Origin: Octopus sinensis
Lineage: Eukaryota
DNA: 64,000 bases
Direction: 5' to 3'
Assembly (NCBI RefSeq): GCF_006345805.1
Contig: NC_043002.1
Span: 114,328,001-114,392,000, forward strand
Each line of letters begins with the position of its first letter. Within the stretch, counting starts at the first letter, position 1. The notes under the pieces were generated by a model, which did no database searches, was not told the origin of the DNA, and saw nothing but the letters and a program-made list of their open reading frames with translations. Shown in pieces: positions 27,910 to 40,261 of this stretch. The position numbers were made by a program, and so were the translations under genes.

Positions 27910-28002
27910 ATAAAACCCTTTAAACAGAACTTGCGAACAGAGAAATCTTTTCCGAGACTTCTCCATGCATCCACATATTTATATGTATATACGTGTTTGT
28001 GT

Positions 28003-28255
28003 GTGGAGGTGCGTGGCTTAGTGGTTAGGGTGTCAGCATCATGATCGTAAGATTGTGGTTTCGACTCCTGGATCGGGCGACGCGTTGTGTTCTTGAGTAA
28101 AACACTTCATTTCACGTTGCTCCAGTCCACTCAGTTGGCAAAAAATGAGTAACGCTGGGATGGACTGGCGTCCCATCCAGCTGGGGAACACATACGCCAT
28201 TGAAACCGGGAAACTGGGCCCATGAGCCTGGCTAGTCTTTAAAAGGGCGCATTTA
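28003..28255 (+). mobile_element. SINE family D with V-domain-like tail
   Basis: tRNA head, GTTGTGTTCTTGAG core, GATGGACTGGCGTCCCATCCAG block. Confidence 0.8.
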
Positions 28256-28539
28256 TTATTTTTTAATGTTTTTTGTGTACACACACACACACACCAAATA
28301 ATAGTTATACAATTTGACTTAAAAAAAATAAAGCAGCTGACTTTTGCTACATAGAAACTAAACGAAACTTGAATAGTTTTCTGTGTGTTACTTAAGTAAC
28401 ATTCTGCACATCAGAATCTGCTCGTTATGTTACTATATACAGTCATAAAAGTAATAAGAAACTAAGATTGATATTTCAGTCCTACGTTTACACTGCTGCA
28501 ATGAACGACATGCATATTCGCACACTCATTGCAAGAGAT

Positions 28540-28750
28540 GGTATGGAGGAGAATATATTTACGTGTGTTTGCCTTTGTGTCAGTGTTTGTCCCTCCAACG
28601 ATTGCTTGACAACCGTTGTTGGTACGTTTACGTCTTCGTAGCTTTGCGGTTCGGCAAAAAGACATATAGATCAAGTACTAGGCCTACAAAGAATAAAACC
28701 TTTTAAGGCGGTGCTCCAGCATGGCTGTAGTCAAATGACTGAAACAAGTT
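28540..28750 (+). mobile_element. SINE family A, 3' half
   Basis: GGCGGTGCTCCAGCATGGC...GACTGAAACAAG. Confidence 0.75.
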
Positions 28751-28772
28751 AATAAATGATAATAATAATAAT

Positions 28773-28810
<38 letters not shown>

Positions 28811-28859
28811 ATATATATATATATGGGGGGCAAAGGAAAGTGATTGCGTCACTCATAGC

Positions 28860-29085
28860 CTCTCCTCTCCAGGTGTAATGATCGCTGCAGAACTTCTACT
28901 TGGCTGCGCCTTGCGGAAAGTTCTTGCTAATGGCCTCTCCTGCAACCAACCAGACTCCAAACGTACTGCACTGCATTCCTTTGGATTATGTCTGGGGGGC
29001 CGAGAGGGAGATTCTGGTGTCTGGGCAGCCCAGTGTCTTCGTTTCTACCGCCCAGGCTTGCGCCATGGAGAAACTACTCCATCGA
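28860..29085 (+). mobile_element. Possible decayed mariner-like (DD37D-type) transposase fragment
   Basis: TPNVLHCIPLDYVWGAERE resembles PDCNPLDYYVWGAVERE; single motif only. Confidence 0.35.
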
Positions 29086-29086
29086 T

Positions 29087-29121
<35 letters not shown>

Positions 29122-29123
<2 letters not shown>

Positions 29124-29586
29124 TGAGAAAGTTGATGTGTGAAAGCACGTGGTTGAATATATAGAAAATAGTAAAAAGTGAAAAAACTACAGAAGGCTTG
29201 TTTCAAAAGGTTAAAAAATATATATTTGAGTCATTATGTCAGAAGAATGTTATAAATTTTTTTCATACAATGACATAGTTTTTGAAGAAAGACCGGTTTC
29301 GCGTTCAGCTTTTCAAATTTCTTACATCGTTATGTTTACGTTGAGGAGAGTTATCGTTATGTTTTGTTGAGAAGAGTTCCAGATAAGGGGAGGTAATAAG
29401 TGATTTCTTCCGGTGTAAGGGAGATATTCGCTTAAAATTTCTTGCCTTTCTTTTGTAGTGAATTTCTCTGTGTAAGTATGTTGGAATGGTTAAGTTTGGG
29501 CTTGTATTTTTCAATGAAGAATGTTTCCTTGTTTAGTCTAAATATATATTTTTTAACCTTTAACCTGTAGTTTTTTCACTTTTTAC

Positions 29587-29600
<14 letters not shown>
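29122..29600 (-). mobile_element. Penelope-like 3' remnant with ~65-bp inverted repeats, in (TA)n
   Basis: Minus strand RLNKETFFIEKYKPKLN (GIY-YIG C-terminus), decayed hammerhead TTGAAAA-GC..GC-GAAA-CCGG-TC near 29290-29317, inverted repeat 29158-29227 / 29538-29600. Confidence 0.7.
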
Positions 29601-29631
<31 letters not shown>

Positions 29632-29927
29632 GTGACCACGTGTATAAGTGACCGCGTGTGTACCGCTGGCGATTTTTCCCCTCCGTCTTCCCTACTCCAA
29701 TAAAGAATTATATATGTGCGTGTGTGTGTATCTGTATGTGTATGTGTTTGTATTTGTGTGCATGGATGTATATGTGTGTGTATGTATATGTAAGGATTCT
29801 CGGGCTGATATCGAGCAGATCTCAACACAACTTAATACTCAATACGGGAGACTCGAAAAAGTAGAAGTATTATCGCGTGAATGAAATATATATATACATA
29901 CATACGCACACACGCACATAAGTGTGT

Positions 29928-30232
29928 GAAGGCGCGTGGCTCAGTGGTTAGGGTAATCGGCTCACGATCATAAGGACGTGAGTTCAATTCCCGGAGGCGC
30001 GTTGTGTCCTTGTCCTAGACACTTTATTTCACGTTGTTCCAGTCCACTCAGCTGACATAAATGAACTGTACTTGTAATACAAGAGGCCGGCCTTGTCACG
30101 TGCTGTGTCATGCTGAATCTCCCTGGGAATTATATTAAAAGTACGTGTGTCTGGGAAGTGCTCAACCGCTTGCACGGTAATTTCGTGAGCAGGATCAACT
30201 GGACCCCTCGTCGTCGTAACCGACGGAGTGCC
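29928..30232 (+). mobile_element. Chimeric SINE: family D head plus family B-type tail
   Basis: Head matches 17844; tail GGCCGGCCTTGTCAC...CGTCGTAACCGACGGAGTGC matches 6511/27493. Confidence 0.8.
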
Positions 30233-30894
30233 AATTTAAAATACATATAGGGAGATATAAAGAGAGGGAGATATAAAGAGAGGGAGAGAGTAAACGCATG
30301 AGAGAGGAGGAGAAGTAGCATGAGGGGAAATGAGGAAAGGAACAAGTAGCAACAAGTGTTATATATTAGGGCTGTGTACAATATAGTCACGGAGAACAAA
30401 AATCTTCTTCCCGATCGATTCCTGTCTATCACTATATTCTCAAGAGAAACAAATTGAAGAAATCTAAAATTTTCTTGGATAGAAACACATCGAAACTAAT
30501 CCGAATGCTGATTCCAATGTCGGTGGAGCCGTGATCTTCTAGATGTTTTCAAACCTAAAAAACAAAGAAAGAATGTACACTATGCAAAATATTATGCTTC
30601 ATTTAAAAACAGACGGCTTGATAGAGGGAACCCATTAGACCATGGGTTCCCTCTATCAAAGAGAATATGCGGTGAAAGAAAATAAGAACAACAATTTCGT
30701 ATAACGAATCAGGAACCTAGGAAGTAAATTGCTCTGGTAAAAATTTAGCAATATATCATTCTAATAAGGTGTTAAATTTGCTGAGGAGACTTTCTGAATA
30801 AAGAACATGTACTTACATGCAATGAGAAGAGAGCGTTAATGAAAATTAATCTAAAATAGAGGGACGCCTGAAATTTGAGTTGAGTAAAATATTG

Positions 30895-31316
30895 GTTACA
30901 AATTTTGGCACAGACCCTGCAAGTGCAGAGGAGGGGCTAAGTCGATTATATGGAACCCAATGCTCAACTGGTACTGATTTCATCGGTCCCGAAAGGATGA
31001 AAGGTATAGTCGACCTCGGAGGTATTTAAATTCAGAATGTCAAGGCGGACGAAATGTTGCTAACGGCTGTGCCAGCTCGCCACCCTATTTCTTTATTGCC
31101 CACAAGGGGCTAAACATAGAAGGGACAAACAAGGACGGACAAAGGGATTAAGCCGATTACATCAACCCCAGTGCGTAACTTGTACTTAATTTTCGACCCC
31201 TAAAGGATGAAAGACTAAGTCGACCTCGGCGGAATTTGAACTCAGAACGTAATGGCAGACGAAATACAGCTAAGTATTTCGCCCGGCGTGTTAATGATTC
31301 TGCAAGCTCGCCACCT
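30895..31316 (-). mobile_element. Two tandem SINE family C copies (30895-31083 and 31084-31316)
   Basis: CCCGAAAGGATGAAAG...GTCGACCTCGG...CTCGCCACC block twice. Confidence 0.85.
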
Positions 31317-31959
31317 TAAATTGAATAAAATATTAAACGTATATAAAACATTAAACGAATTAGATTTCTTGTAGTTATGGTAACGACTACAGTCATGTTT
31401 TGGTATTATTAGTACTTTTAAATGAAGCATAGATCATTAACAACTGGCAATCCTTAACAACAAGTTCATGGATTATATCGTGTGAAATAATTCACTGAAT
31501 AAGGTAAATGAAAATAATGATAGTAGAAAATATCCCAAGGGTATTTTGTACATGGAAAATACATAGTTAAGGCGCTGACTACCGTACATTATGGGGGGAA
31601 ATGAAAATAAATTATAACCAATTGAGATTATAATTGTAATGAAAAGAAAATTCTTTTGCGTACATGAAAATTAATCCCAAAAGGGGAAAAGGAAGTAACT
31701 TTGGAAAGCAACGTGCAGTGGCTACTCGGCGAGAAGCAATGTTTGCGTTTCAAAGAAACGCACATGCGCGCGCATTCTCAGACAAACAGCAAGGATTTAA
31801 TTAGCGTTCTAGTGAACTTGAGAAATATGTAAATTAGAATTTACTGAAATTGTTGTACGCGCGCGCACACACACATTCTGTACATTTTCATCTACTTGAA
31901 TTCATTCACAAGGCCCAGGGCAACCAGATACAGACGGGATGGATTTATCTTTAAAGAGA

Positions 31960-32560
31960 CACCTGGCGCATATCCTCTTCCTGAAATTTAGACCACTTCC
32001 GGAGTTCCTTGAGCTAAGCAGGATATGTACTCTTTTTTGCTGTGCGATGACCTCATTTTCTCGATCCGTTTACATACGATTTCGATCATTCTAAGATCCT
32101 CTATATAATGCTATAATCGATTTTCCAGACTTTTGTTTTCTAGATGTAGCGTTGTAGAATTCCTCTTGTCATTATTGTGTTAAGAATACTCATGTTTGTA
32201 AAATCTAACTTTCGATGCTCTCTCACACATGTTTATGCGATTTTTCTAATAGAGTGTATGCTTTAGCGTGCTGGTTTCGCACATTACCAATTTTACTTTG
32301 CATGCCTGATCTAATGGGCATGCGTCTGCATTTTTGCAGTTGCATTCTGGGATGATCCACTTGGTGGTTTCATTTCAGATGATTAGGTTTGTGTTGGAAC
32401 CGAATCTGTTGCTTATCTTCATAGAGCACTTTTGAAAACATTTACTGATTGTCTGAAAATGGCCATTGAATTACAGACTATGGAAAGTGTGGGTAAAATG
32501 CCTTAAAGTAGTTATAGGTTCATAGGGAATTATCCCTAAAGATCTGAACAAATGGATAGT
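31960..32560 (-). mobile_element. Fossil Neptune-type PLE (thumb, Cys linker, GIY-YIG)
   Basis: Minus strand IIPYE, MKISN..NLII, ECNCKNADACPLDQAC, DKRNSTTL in the same order as the 61606-62618 ORFs. Confidence 0.7.
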
Positions 32561-32692
32561 GTTATTAGGGACGGCTAGGATACTTAGGAGAGTTTTTGGC
32601 ATCTAAGATTACTTGTTAGGACTTTTTTCTTTTCTAAAAGTCTAATCTGTTGTGTGCATATGAAAATAATAATAATAATAAAAACATTATTA

Positions 32693-32837
32693 GTTGATCG
32701 AAGATATTGTGTCTGCCGGGTATTTGTACTGTTTGTCAAGTCACAGTAAGGACATCAGACGTACTGTCTGTCTAAAATCTTTGTTGTGACTTGACAAACA
32801 GTACAAATCCCCGGTAAACACATTATCTTCAATCAAC
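32693..32837. repeat. 145-bp hairpin/MITE-like palindrome (53-bp arms)
   Basis: GTTGATCGAAGATATTGTGTCTGCCGGGTATTTGTACTGTTTGTCAAGTCACA and its reverse complement with ~6 mismatches. Confidence 0.85.
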
Positions 32838-32914
32838 AACCTCACGATATTGTATACTGTGCGACGTCTATAATAATAATAATAATCATCATCATCATTA
32901 TCATCATCATCCTT

Positions 32915-33068
32915 TCTATTAAAGGCATAAGGCCTGAAATTTTGGGGGAGGGTACTTGTCGATCCAGTTTTTCACTGGTACTTAATTTATCGACCCCGAA
33001 AGGATAAAAGGCAAAGTCGACCTCGGTGGAATTTGGACTCAGAATGTAAGGACGGATGAAATGCCGCC
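32915..33068 (-). mobile_element. SINE family C, partial
   Basis: CGACCCCGAAAGGATAAAAGGCAAAGTCGACCTCGG. Confidence 0.75.
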
Positions 33069-33069
33069 A

Positions 33070-33127
<58 letters not shown>

Positions 33128-33128
33128 G

Positions 33129-33665
33129 AGTGAGAGAACAGTGCATGCCATCAAAGTGACAATGGGGTAAATATACGAAGCCCAGTATACCCATCATGAC
33201 TACCCTTCTGATAAGGGTACCCCAGGCACATCTATCACAACCATATGTGTGCAATATGGTGATCTCATATCAAGATAAACAGCACATGACCTTGCCGGTG
33301 GGGCCCAGTTAGAATTTTCGTCAGGTTGGGTAGCCTATCCCGCTCAAAAGGTCTCTAAATAAGGCTTGTTTGAGGATGTTGAACGAAACACCCATGTTTC
33401 CAAAGGCGAATTATCCAAACCCCTAAGAATTTCTCTCAATACATGGCTATGATGCTCCTCCACTACTTCTGTTCGTGATAAGAGATGCACATATTGTCAG
33501 CCACTAAGGGACATGTTCAACTAGTTAAGGTCAAACAACTGACAAACAAATCTGTGATATTGAGCTGAATATTTGCTGTAGCCCATCCTTTATACCAAGA
33601 CAAAACAGTATACATGATAACACTTCCAATCAGTTAAGATCAGAAGCCACGAGAGCCATGAGAGC
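33129..33665 (-). mobile_element. (AAT)n-tailed non-coding interspersed repeat
   Basis: Abuts (TTA)n at 33070-33128; a homologous piece lies inverted at ~39657-39712; no ORF. Confidence 0.55.
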
Positions 33666-33676
33666 CACTAATACTG

Positions 33677-34108
33677 ACACAGATCATGTGTTGGTGGCCA
33701 GCTCTGAAAGATGTTTTCCTGGGGCTAAAAAGTAGTAACATCGTCCTACGGAGGAGTGCCACGTTGCATTGGCAAATAGACATTACTGTACTGTACTGTA
33801 CTGTACTGTTACTACATATTTCTTGCTCAGAGATTTAAAACTAATCGTTTTTCACTTTACGAGATCAGCAACTGTGTGTCGCTTTAAAGTATATGCTGTG
33901 AGCAAGAGCGAGTGGCTGCTATCTCTAGCCGGTGGTCGTCCTGTACCGACGAAGGGAAATTACCCAGAAACCATTGGTCTACCGGTGTTGCTACGGCTAT
34001 AAAGGGGACAGTATATAAACACAGATAATGTGCCGATAGCCAGCTGGAAAAGATATTTTCCTGCGGTTAAAAAGTAGTAACATCGTCAGGTTGCATTGGC
34101 AAATAGAC
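33677..34108 (+). mobile_element. Retrozyme-like element, older copy (~342-nt monomer, ~1.3 units)
   Basis: Direct repeats 33677-33781 / 34019-34108; hammerhead-like motif at ~33943-33990; blocks shared with 56690-57248. Confidence 0.6.
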
Positions 34109-34110
34109 TT

Positions 34111-34925
34111 AATTATTATTATTATCATTTGATGAAAACTCTCAGCTTATTTTGCTGGGCACGATGGAAAGTATCAGTTGTCCAAAGCCAGCAGACCAAG
34201 GCGACACTTGCTAATTGGTTATGCTTCAAGAACCCTGTGAAAAATTCTTGCAGTTCCAAGCAATGCTGATTTTTGTAGGTGTTCTACCTTTATATTTGTA
34301 CCAATCCTTTTGAGCCATGTTGGATATTGAATGCTGATACTTCCAAGCACCAATTACTATTGGTATCACGTCAAATCTCCTCATTGACCACAACCTTCGT
34401 ATTTCCCACTTCAAATCGTCATACTTATTCAGGTTTTCTTCTTCTTTCTCTTTTCCCTGGGTCATGCTATGACGATTGTCATGCATGTTCTTTCTTTTTT
34501 TTTTCACCACGACAATGTCCAATTTCCGATGTCTGGTCAGGTGATCGCACTAAATCCTTGTATCCCACAGGATTTTGCGATATTCATTTTCGGTGACTCT
34601 TTCTGGGGTTTGTTCATATCACGCCATTGCTCTTTGTAGGCCGTGATTTCCACAGAGCTTCCACTGGATCATTCTTGCCATATTGTCATGTCGTCTTTTG
34701 TATTCGCGTTGTGCCAATTTTGGGTATTCGCCAACGATGTGCCGTACCGTTTCACCCCTCCCACACACATTCTGCATTTGTCGCTGTCGGTAGTGTTGTT
34801 GATTCTGCACTTCACATAGTCCTTAAAGCTTGTTCGTGAACTGTGCATATGAGTGCTTCTATTCTCTATCTTCAGGTCATTCCTCTTCACCCATAGTGCC
34901 GGTCTTCTGAATCTGTCTTGGCGTT
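34111..34925 (-). mobile_element. 5'-truncated R4/Dong-type LINE (CCHC + RLE remnant), (AAT)n at both ends
   Basis: DKCRMC..ETVRHIVGEYPKLAQREYKRRHD; PDI..VVKKKR; KYDDLKWEIRRLW. Confidence 0.85.
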
Positions 34926-34927
34926 CA

Positions 34928-34994
<67 letters not shown>

Positions 34995-35079
34995 CATTAT
35001 TACTTCTTTTTTCTTCTTTCAAATTTGCTTCCATTTCTTGCCGAGTGTCTTCCCGACTCCTAGGGCAAAGAAACTCATA

Positions 35080-35132
<53 letters not shown>

Positions 35133-35135
<3 letters not shown>

Positions 35136-35501
35136 GAGAGACAAATACTGTCAGGTCATTGATGTAGCCATACCAAATAACATGAACGTTGTGAGCAAAG
35201 AGGTTGAAAAGATCACCAAGTACTCCGAATTGACAGTGGAAATGGCAAGACTGTATGGAATGCGAGAGGGAAATGTAAAAGTGATACCAGTAGTGATCGG
35301 AACGTTGGGCTCAATTCCATTGAAACTTCAAGATTTCTTAAGGCAACTGGAAATCCTATGCAAGATTGATGTCTTGCAAAAAGCAGCCTTATTGGGCACA
35401 GCGCACATCTTAAGGAAAGTATTATCTGTCTGAGGTCCCTGTTGTGACTTCACAGATGACTAAAGACTCCGGTGCATTTTTACCTACAGTGTGTTAAGAA
35501 G

Positions 35502-35563
<62 letters not shown>
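35133..35563 (+). mobile_element. Short 3' end of another R4/Dong-type LINE with (AAT)n tail
   Basis: VIDVAIP..EKITKYSEL..VIPVVIGTLG..QKAALLGTAHILRKVL*, then 3' UTR and AAT tail. Confidence 0.88.
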
Positions 35564-35564
<1 letters not shown>

Positions 35565-38500
35565 GGAGAGACACCGGGGACGGGAGAGACACCGGGGACG
35601 GGAGAGACACCGGGGACGGGAGAGACACCGGGGACGTTTAAGAGGAGAGATACCGGGGACGTTTAAGATGTAAGAAGGAAAATACAGAGCTCCGAAACCT
35701 ATCCACAAACATCGAAAACAAGGACACCCTATGGAGCCAAAGATTTATTAACAAAGAATTGGACTATATCCGAGTAAGTAATACGAATTGAAATTTATTA
35801 CTATTTTCGAAACGAAATGATGTATTTTGACTCGATATTATCTCCACCTCTAACACAACACATGTAAACATGCGTGGAACAACACGATCATCCCCGACCT
35901 CAAACACCATGTACAAAGGAACTACGAAGAAATTAAATGCCACCGATACTATTCAACCCAAGAATAACAATCGAGCGGTACGTACATTAAACCTACAACA
36001 AAAAATGTACGAAAAACTACACGTGCGAAATAATGTGACAACAGAAATAAACGGACCGGTACCCTACGAAAATGACGACCGTCAAAATAATGGGCCGGAC
36101 GTTGTACCTCATGTCCCGCAATTAAAACCCAAAAGACGTAAATGGACACGTGAGGAATACATTTCTATCTTACACGCATACTACCCACAAAATGAAAATA
36201 CAACAACACATACATATAAAATATGGAAGGAAAATAATAGAGATATAGACTTGGATACAGCAATGAACCCTAATAAATTAGCTAACGTACGAAGATACAT
36301 TCTCAAGGCCAAAAAAATATCAGAAATAGAAATAGAACATTTAAAAGAAAAAATACACCAGGAAAATGTAGATAGAAGCCACACAACAATGCCCAATAAT
36401 ATAAACACTGAAACTGTAAAACACGAAGACAAACGCAACATTCCCAACAAACACAATGTAAACAACGAAGGGGAGCCTAATGATTAGGATAATATAAAAA
36501 ATAAAATAATCAAAGAACTGAAAACCACAGAGCCCAAAATGGACCACCGACCATACCTCCCAAGAATAAAAATAAACGCAATAACAACACCAATTATAAA
36601 CAACATAAACCTAGCCGTCACTGAACTAGCCACTGAAACAAAAAAAAGTGATATCACTGAACTAAATGACTTGATATACGCAGCAGCCACTGCAGCCACA
36701 AAAGAAGCTGGATACTCACCCAAACACGCCCAAACAGGAGTACCACCACTCAAACAAACCCTGTGGATAAATAACATCCAAAACAAAATAAAAAAAATTA
36801 GAAAAGACCTGTCGATTCTTAATGAAATCAGCAAACAAGCAACGCTACTAAGCAACAAAAAGAGAACAAAAATGCTCCGCAAATATAACATCACAGAAAA
36901 AGTTTTGCCGGAGATAAAAGAAAAGCTGAAGCAAGATATCCTTGCCAAAGCTCAAAGGATCCGCCGGTACGAGAAACGCCAACGCTTCTTTGAACAGAAC
37001 AAAAAGTTCAACTCCGACCCCAAAAAGTTCAACTCCGACCCCAAAAAGTTCTACCAAGAACTGGGCAAAAATAAAATAGAAGTCACTGCAGCACCAACGG
37101 CAGAAGAATTGGAAGAATTCTGGAGAGAAATATGATCGGCGAACGAACAGCCAAAAAAAAGGAGTATGAAAATAACAAACTCGGCATCTGAACAACTTTG
37201 GACCCCCATAACAACTGAAGAGGTCACCCAGGCACTGCAAAAACTAAGCAACTGGAAGGCACCTGGGCATGACAAGATCCCCAACTTCTGGTTGAAATAT
37301 CTAACAGGAATGCACAAAAAGCTGGCTGAAAACTTTAACAGCATACTGGCAGAGCCAGAGACAATGCCTGAATGGCTCACGAAGGGGAAAACCATCTTAA
37401 TTCCCAAATCAAATGAAACAACAAAACCAGAAAACAACAGACCAATAACCTGCCTCCCTACTATGTTCAAGGCATTTACTGCAGTGATATCGCAAAGGCT
37501 GAACAAGCACCTGGACGAAAACAAACTGTTCCTAGAAGAGCAGAAAGGATGCCGCAAGGGCTCATATGGCTGTAAAGATCAACTAATGATTAATAAAGCC
37601 GTAACTGAAGACAGCCACAGAAAGAAGAAAGGCCTCAGTATGGCCTGGATTGACTACAAAAAGGCGTTTGATAGCATCCCCCACACATGGATCCTCGAAA
37701 CACTAGCCATTAACAAAGTAGCACCAACAATCATAAAATTCATAGAGCACTCTATGAATAAATGGCAAACAGTCCTACACCTCCAAACAAAAGAGGGACT
37801 CATGAAAACCAAAGACATCCCCATTAGAAGAGGAATATTCCAGGGAGACACGCTCTCTCCACTCCTTTTCTGCTTGGCACTGTCACCTCTATCTGATATG
37901 CTAAATAGAACTGGATGCGGATATAAATGTTACGGCAAAACGATCAGCCACCTTTTATATATGGATGACCTAAAACTATACGCTGCAAATGACAAACAGC
38001 TGGAAACACTATTAAAGACAGTTCATGGATTTACCAAAGAAATAGATATGAAATTTGGATTAGAAAAATGCGCCAAAGTAACCATGAAAAGAGGAAAACT
38101 AGTTAAGAGTAACAACATCACACTAGATAAAACCAATGAAATAAAAGAATTAGACCAAAGCCAAACTTACAAATACTTAGGAATCCATGAACTAGATAAT
38201 ACACAACACACACAAATGAAAGAGAAAATAAAAAAAGAATATTATAGACGAGTTAGATCAATACTAAAAACAGAGCTCAATGCTAAAAACAAGATAATAG
38301 GTATCAACACTTTAGCTGTCCCAGTTATAAGTTACAGCTACAATATCCTTAACTGGACACGAAATGAACTGTCCAAAATAGATAGGAAAACAAGAAAAAT
38401 ACTGACAGGATCTAGGATGCATCACCCAAAATCTGACATAGAAAGACTATATATACAACGTATAGAAGGTGGTAGAGGCCTTATACAGCTGGAAAACTAC

Positions 38501-39640
38501 TATAAAATAACCACCATAGGATTGCAAAAATACCTACTTCAGAAGGAAGGAAAACTGATCCAGATAGCAGCAAAACACGAGCAAAACAAAAAACTGTTCT
38601 CAGTATTTAAGGAAGCTGACAAATACAAACAAGAAATCATACCACCTAATAAACACAAAGAAGAAGAAGATGATGAAGAAACAACAAAAGCTATAAAACA
38701 AATGAAATCCAAACTAAAAATAGAACAGCAACGAGCCATGATAAAACGATGGCAAGAAAAGCCCCTTCATGGTAAATACTGCACTAAACTAAACGCAAAA
38801 GAAATAGACAAAGAAAAATCCCAGCAATGGTTGAGAAGCTCAGGACTCAAAGCAGAAACAGAGGGATTTTTAATTGCAGCACAAGACCAAAGCCTCCCCA
38901 CCAGAAATTACCAAAAACATGTAATGAAAAGAAATATTACAAGTAACTGCAGAATATGTGGAGATGGACAAGAAACAATAAATCATATTATCTCTAGCTG
39001 CCCAGTCCTGGCTAAGAAGGAATATATTCACAGACATGACAGAGTTGGAACCTACATACATTGGAAGCTATGCCAACATTATGGAATAACAACAGAAAAA
39101 AAATGGTATAGGCACACACCAGAAAAGGTCACAGAAAACGAGAAAGCAACCATACTCTGGGATATGCCGATACACACGGATAGAGAAATTAAGGCCAACA
39201 GACCAGATATAGTTGTCAGAGATCATGAAGAAAAAAAATGCTTTCTAATTGATGTATCAGTACCGGCAGATGACAACGTGTCTCTAAAAGAAATGGAGAA
39301 ACTCTCAAAATACAAAGACCTGGAAATAGAGGTAACTAGAATGTGGAACCTGAAAACAGAAACAATTCCTATCATAGTAGGTGCATTAGGCATGATAAAA
39401 AAATATTCAGACAAATACATAACAAAAATACCAGGACTTACAAACACATATAACATACAGAAAATTGCACTACTAGGCACTGCACACATCCTACGCAGAA
39501 CACTTTCCATACAATAACCATCAGAGCATCACAACAAATCACAGCACATACCCAAGGCACACAGAGCTGCGCTCGGTAGTGAAGTGAAAGCACGCTATAA
39601 AAATAAAACTACTGAATAATAATAATAATAATAATAATGA
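35565..39640 (+). mobile_element. Near-full-length R4/Dong-clade RLE non-LTR retrotransposon in (AAT)n
   Basis: 5' UTR with 18-bp repeats, single reading frame, RT + CCHC + RLE, short 3' UTR, (AAT)n on both sides. Confidence 0.95.
35870..39517 (+). pseudogene. RT-RLE polyprotein, ~1215 codons, two in-frame stops (TAG 36485, TGA 37133)
   Basis: The three track ORFs are in the same frame; RRKWTREE, IDYKKAFD, GIFQGDTLSPLLF, LYMDDLK, CRICG..H..C, RPDIVV..IDVSVP, EKLSKY. Confidence 0.95.
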
Positions 39641-39900
39641 TAACAACAACAACAACAATATCTGCTCACAGATTTGCTTGTCAGTTGTTTGACCGTAACC
39701 AGTTGAGCATAGAAACAGATAAGGATATTCGTCTCTCCCCCCCCCGTTCTCTTAAATCTTTCTTTTTTACCCTATCTTTTTCTCTACCAAGCATTCACCC
39801 TCGCACGTTACGTTCGTCCGCACGTCTGTCCGCCTGTCTATCTGTATGTATGTACGTTTGTGTGTATCTCTATATTCCTCTGTCAGTCTGCTATCTGTCC

Positions 39901-39954
<54 letters not shown>

Positions 39955-40039
39955 ACCTATCTATCTGTATCTATGTACATATGCACATGAGGAATTTCCC
40001 TTTCCGTTAACTATAACCCCAGTCGTTTATATTCTTTTT

Positions 40040-40222
40040 ATTCTTTTACTTGCTTCAGTAATTGGACTGCGGCCATACTGGAGCACCGCCTTCAAGGTTT
40101 TAATCGAACTAATCACCCCCAGTACTTATTTTTTAGAGTTTGTGACCTATTCTACCGTTCTCTTTTTCCCGAACCGCTAGATTAGCAAACCAACCACGAT
40201 TGGGGCCAGGGAAACATAAGCA

Positions 40223-40261
<39 letters not shown>

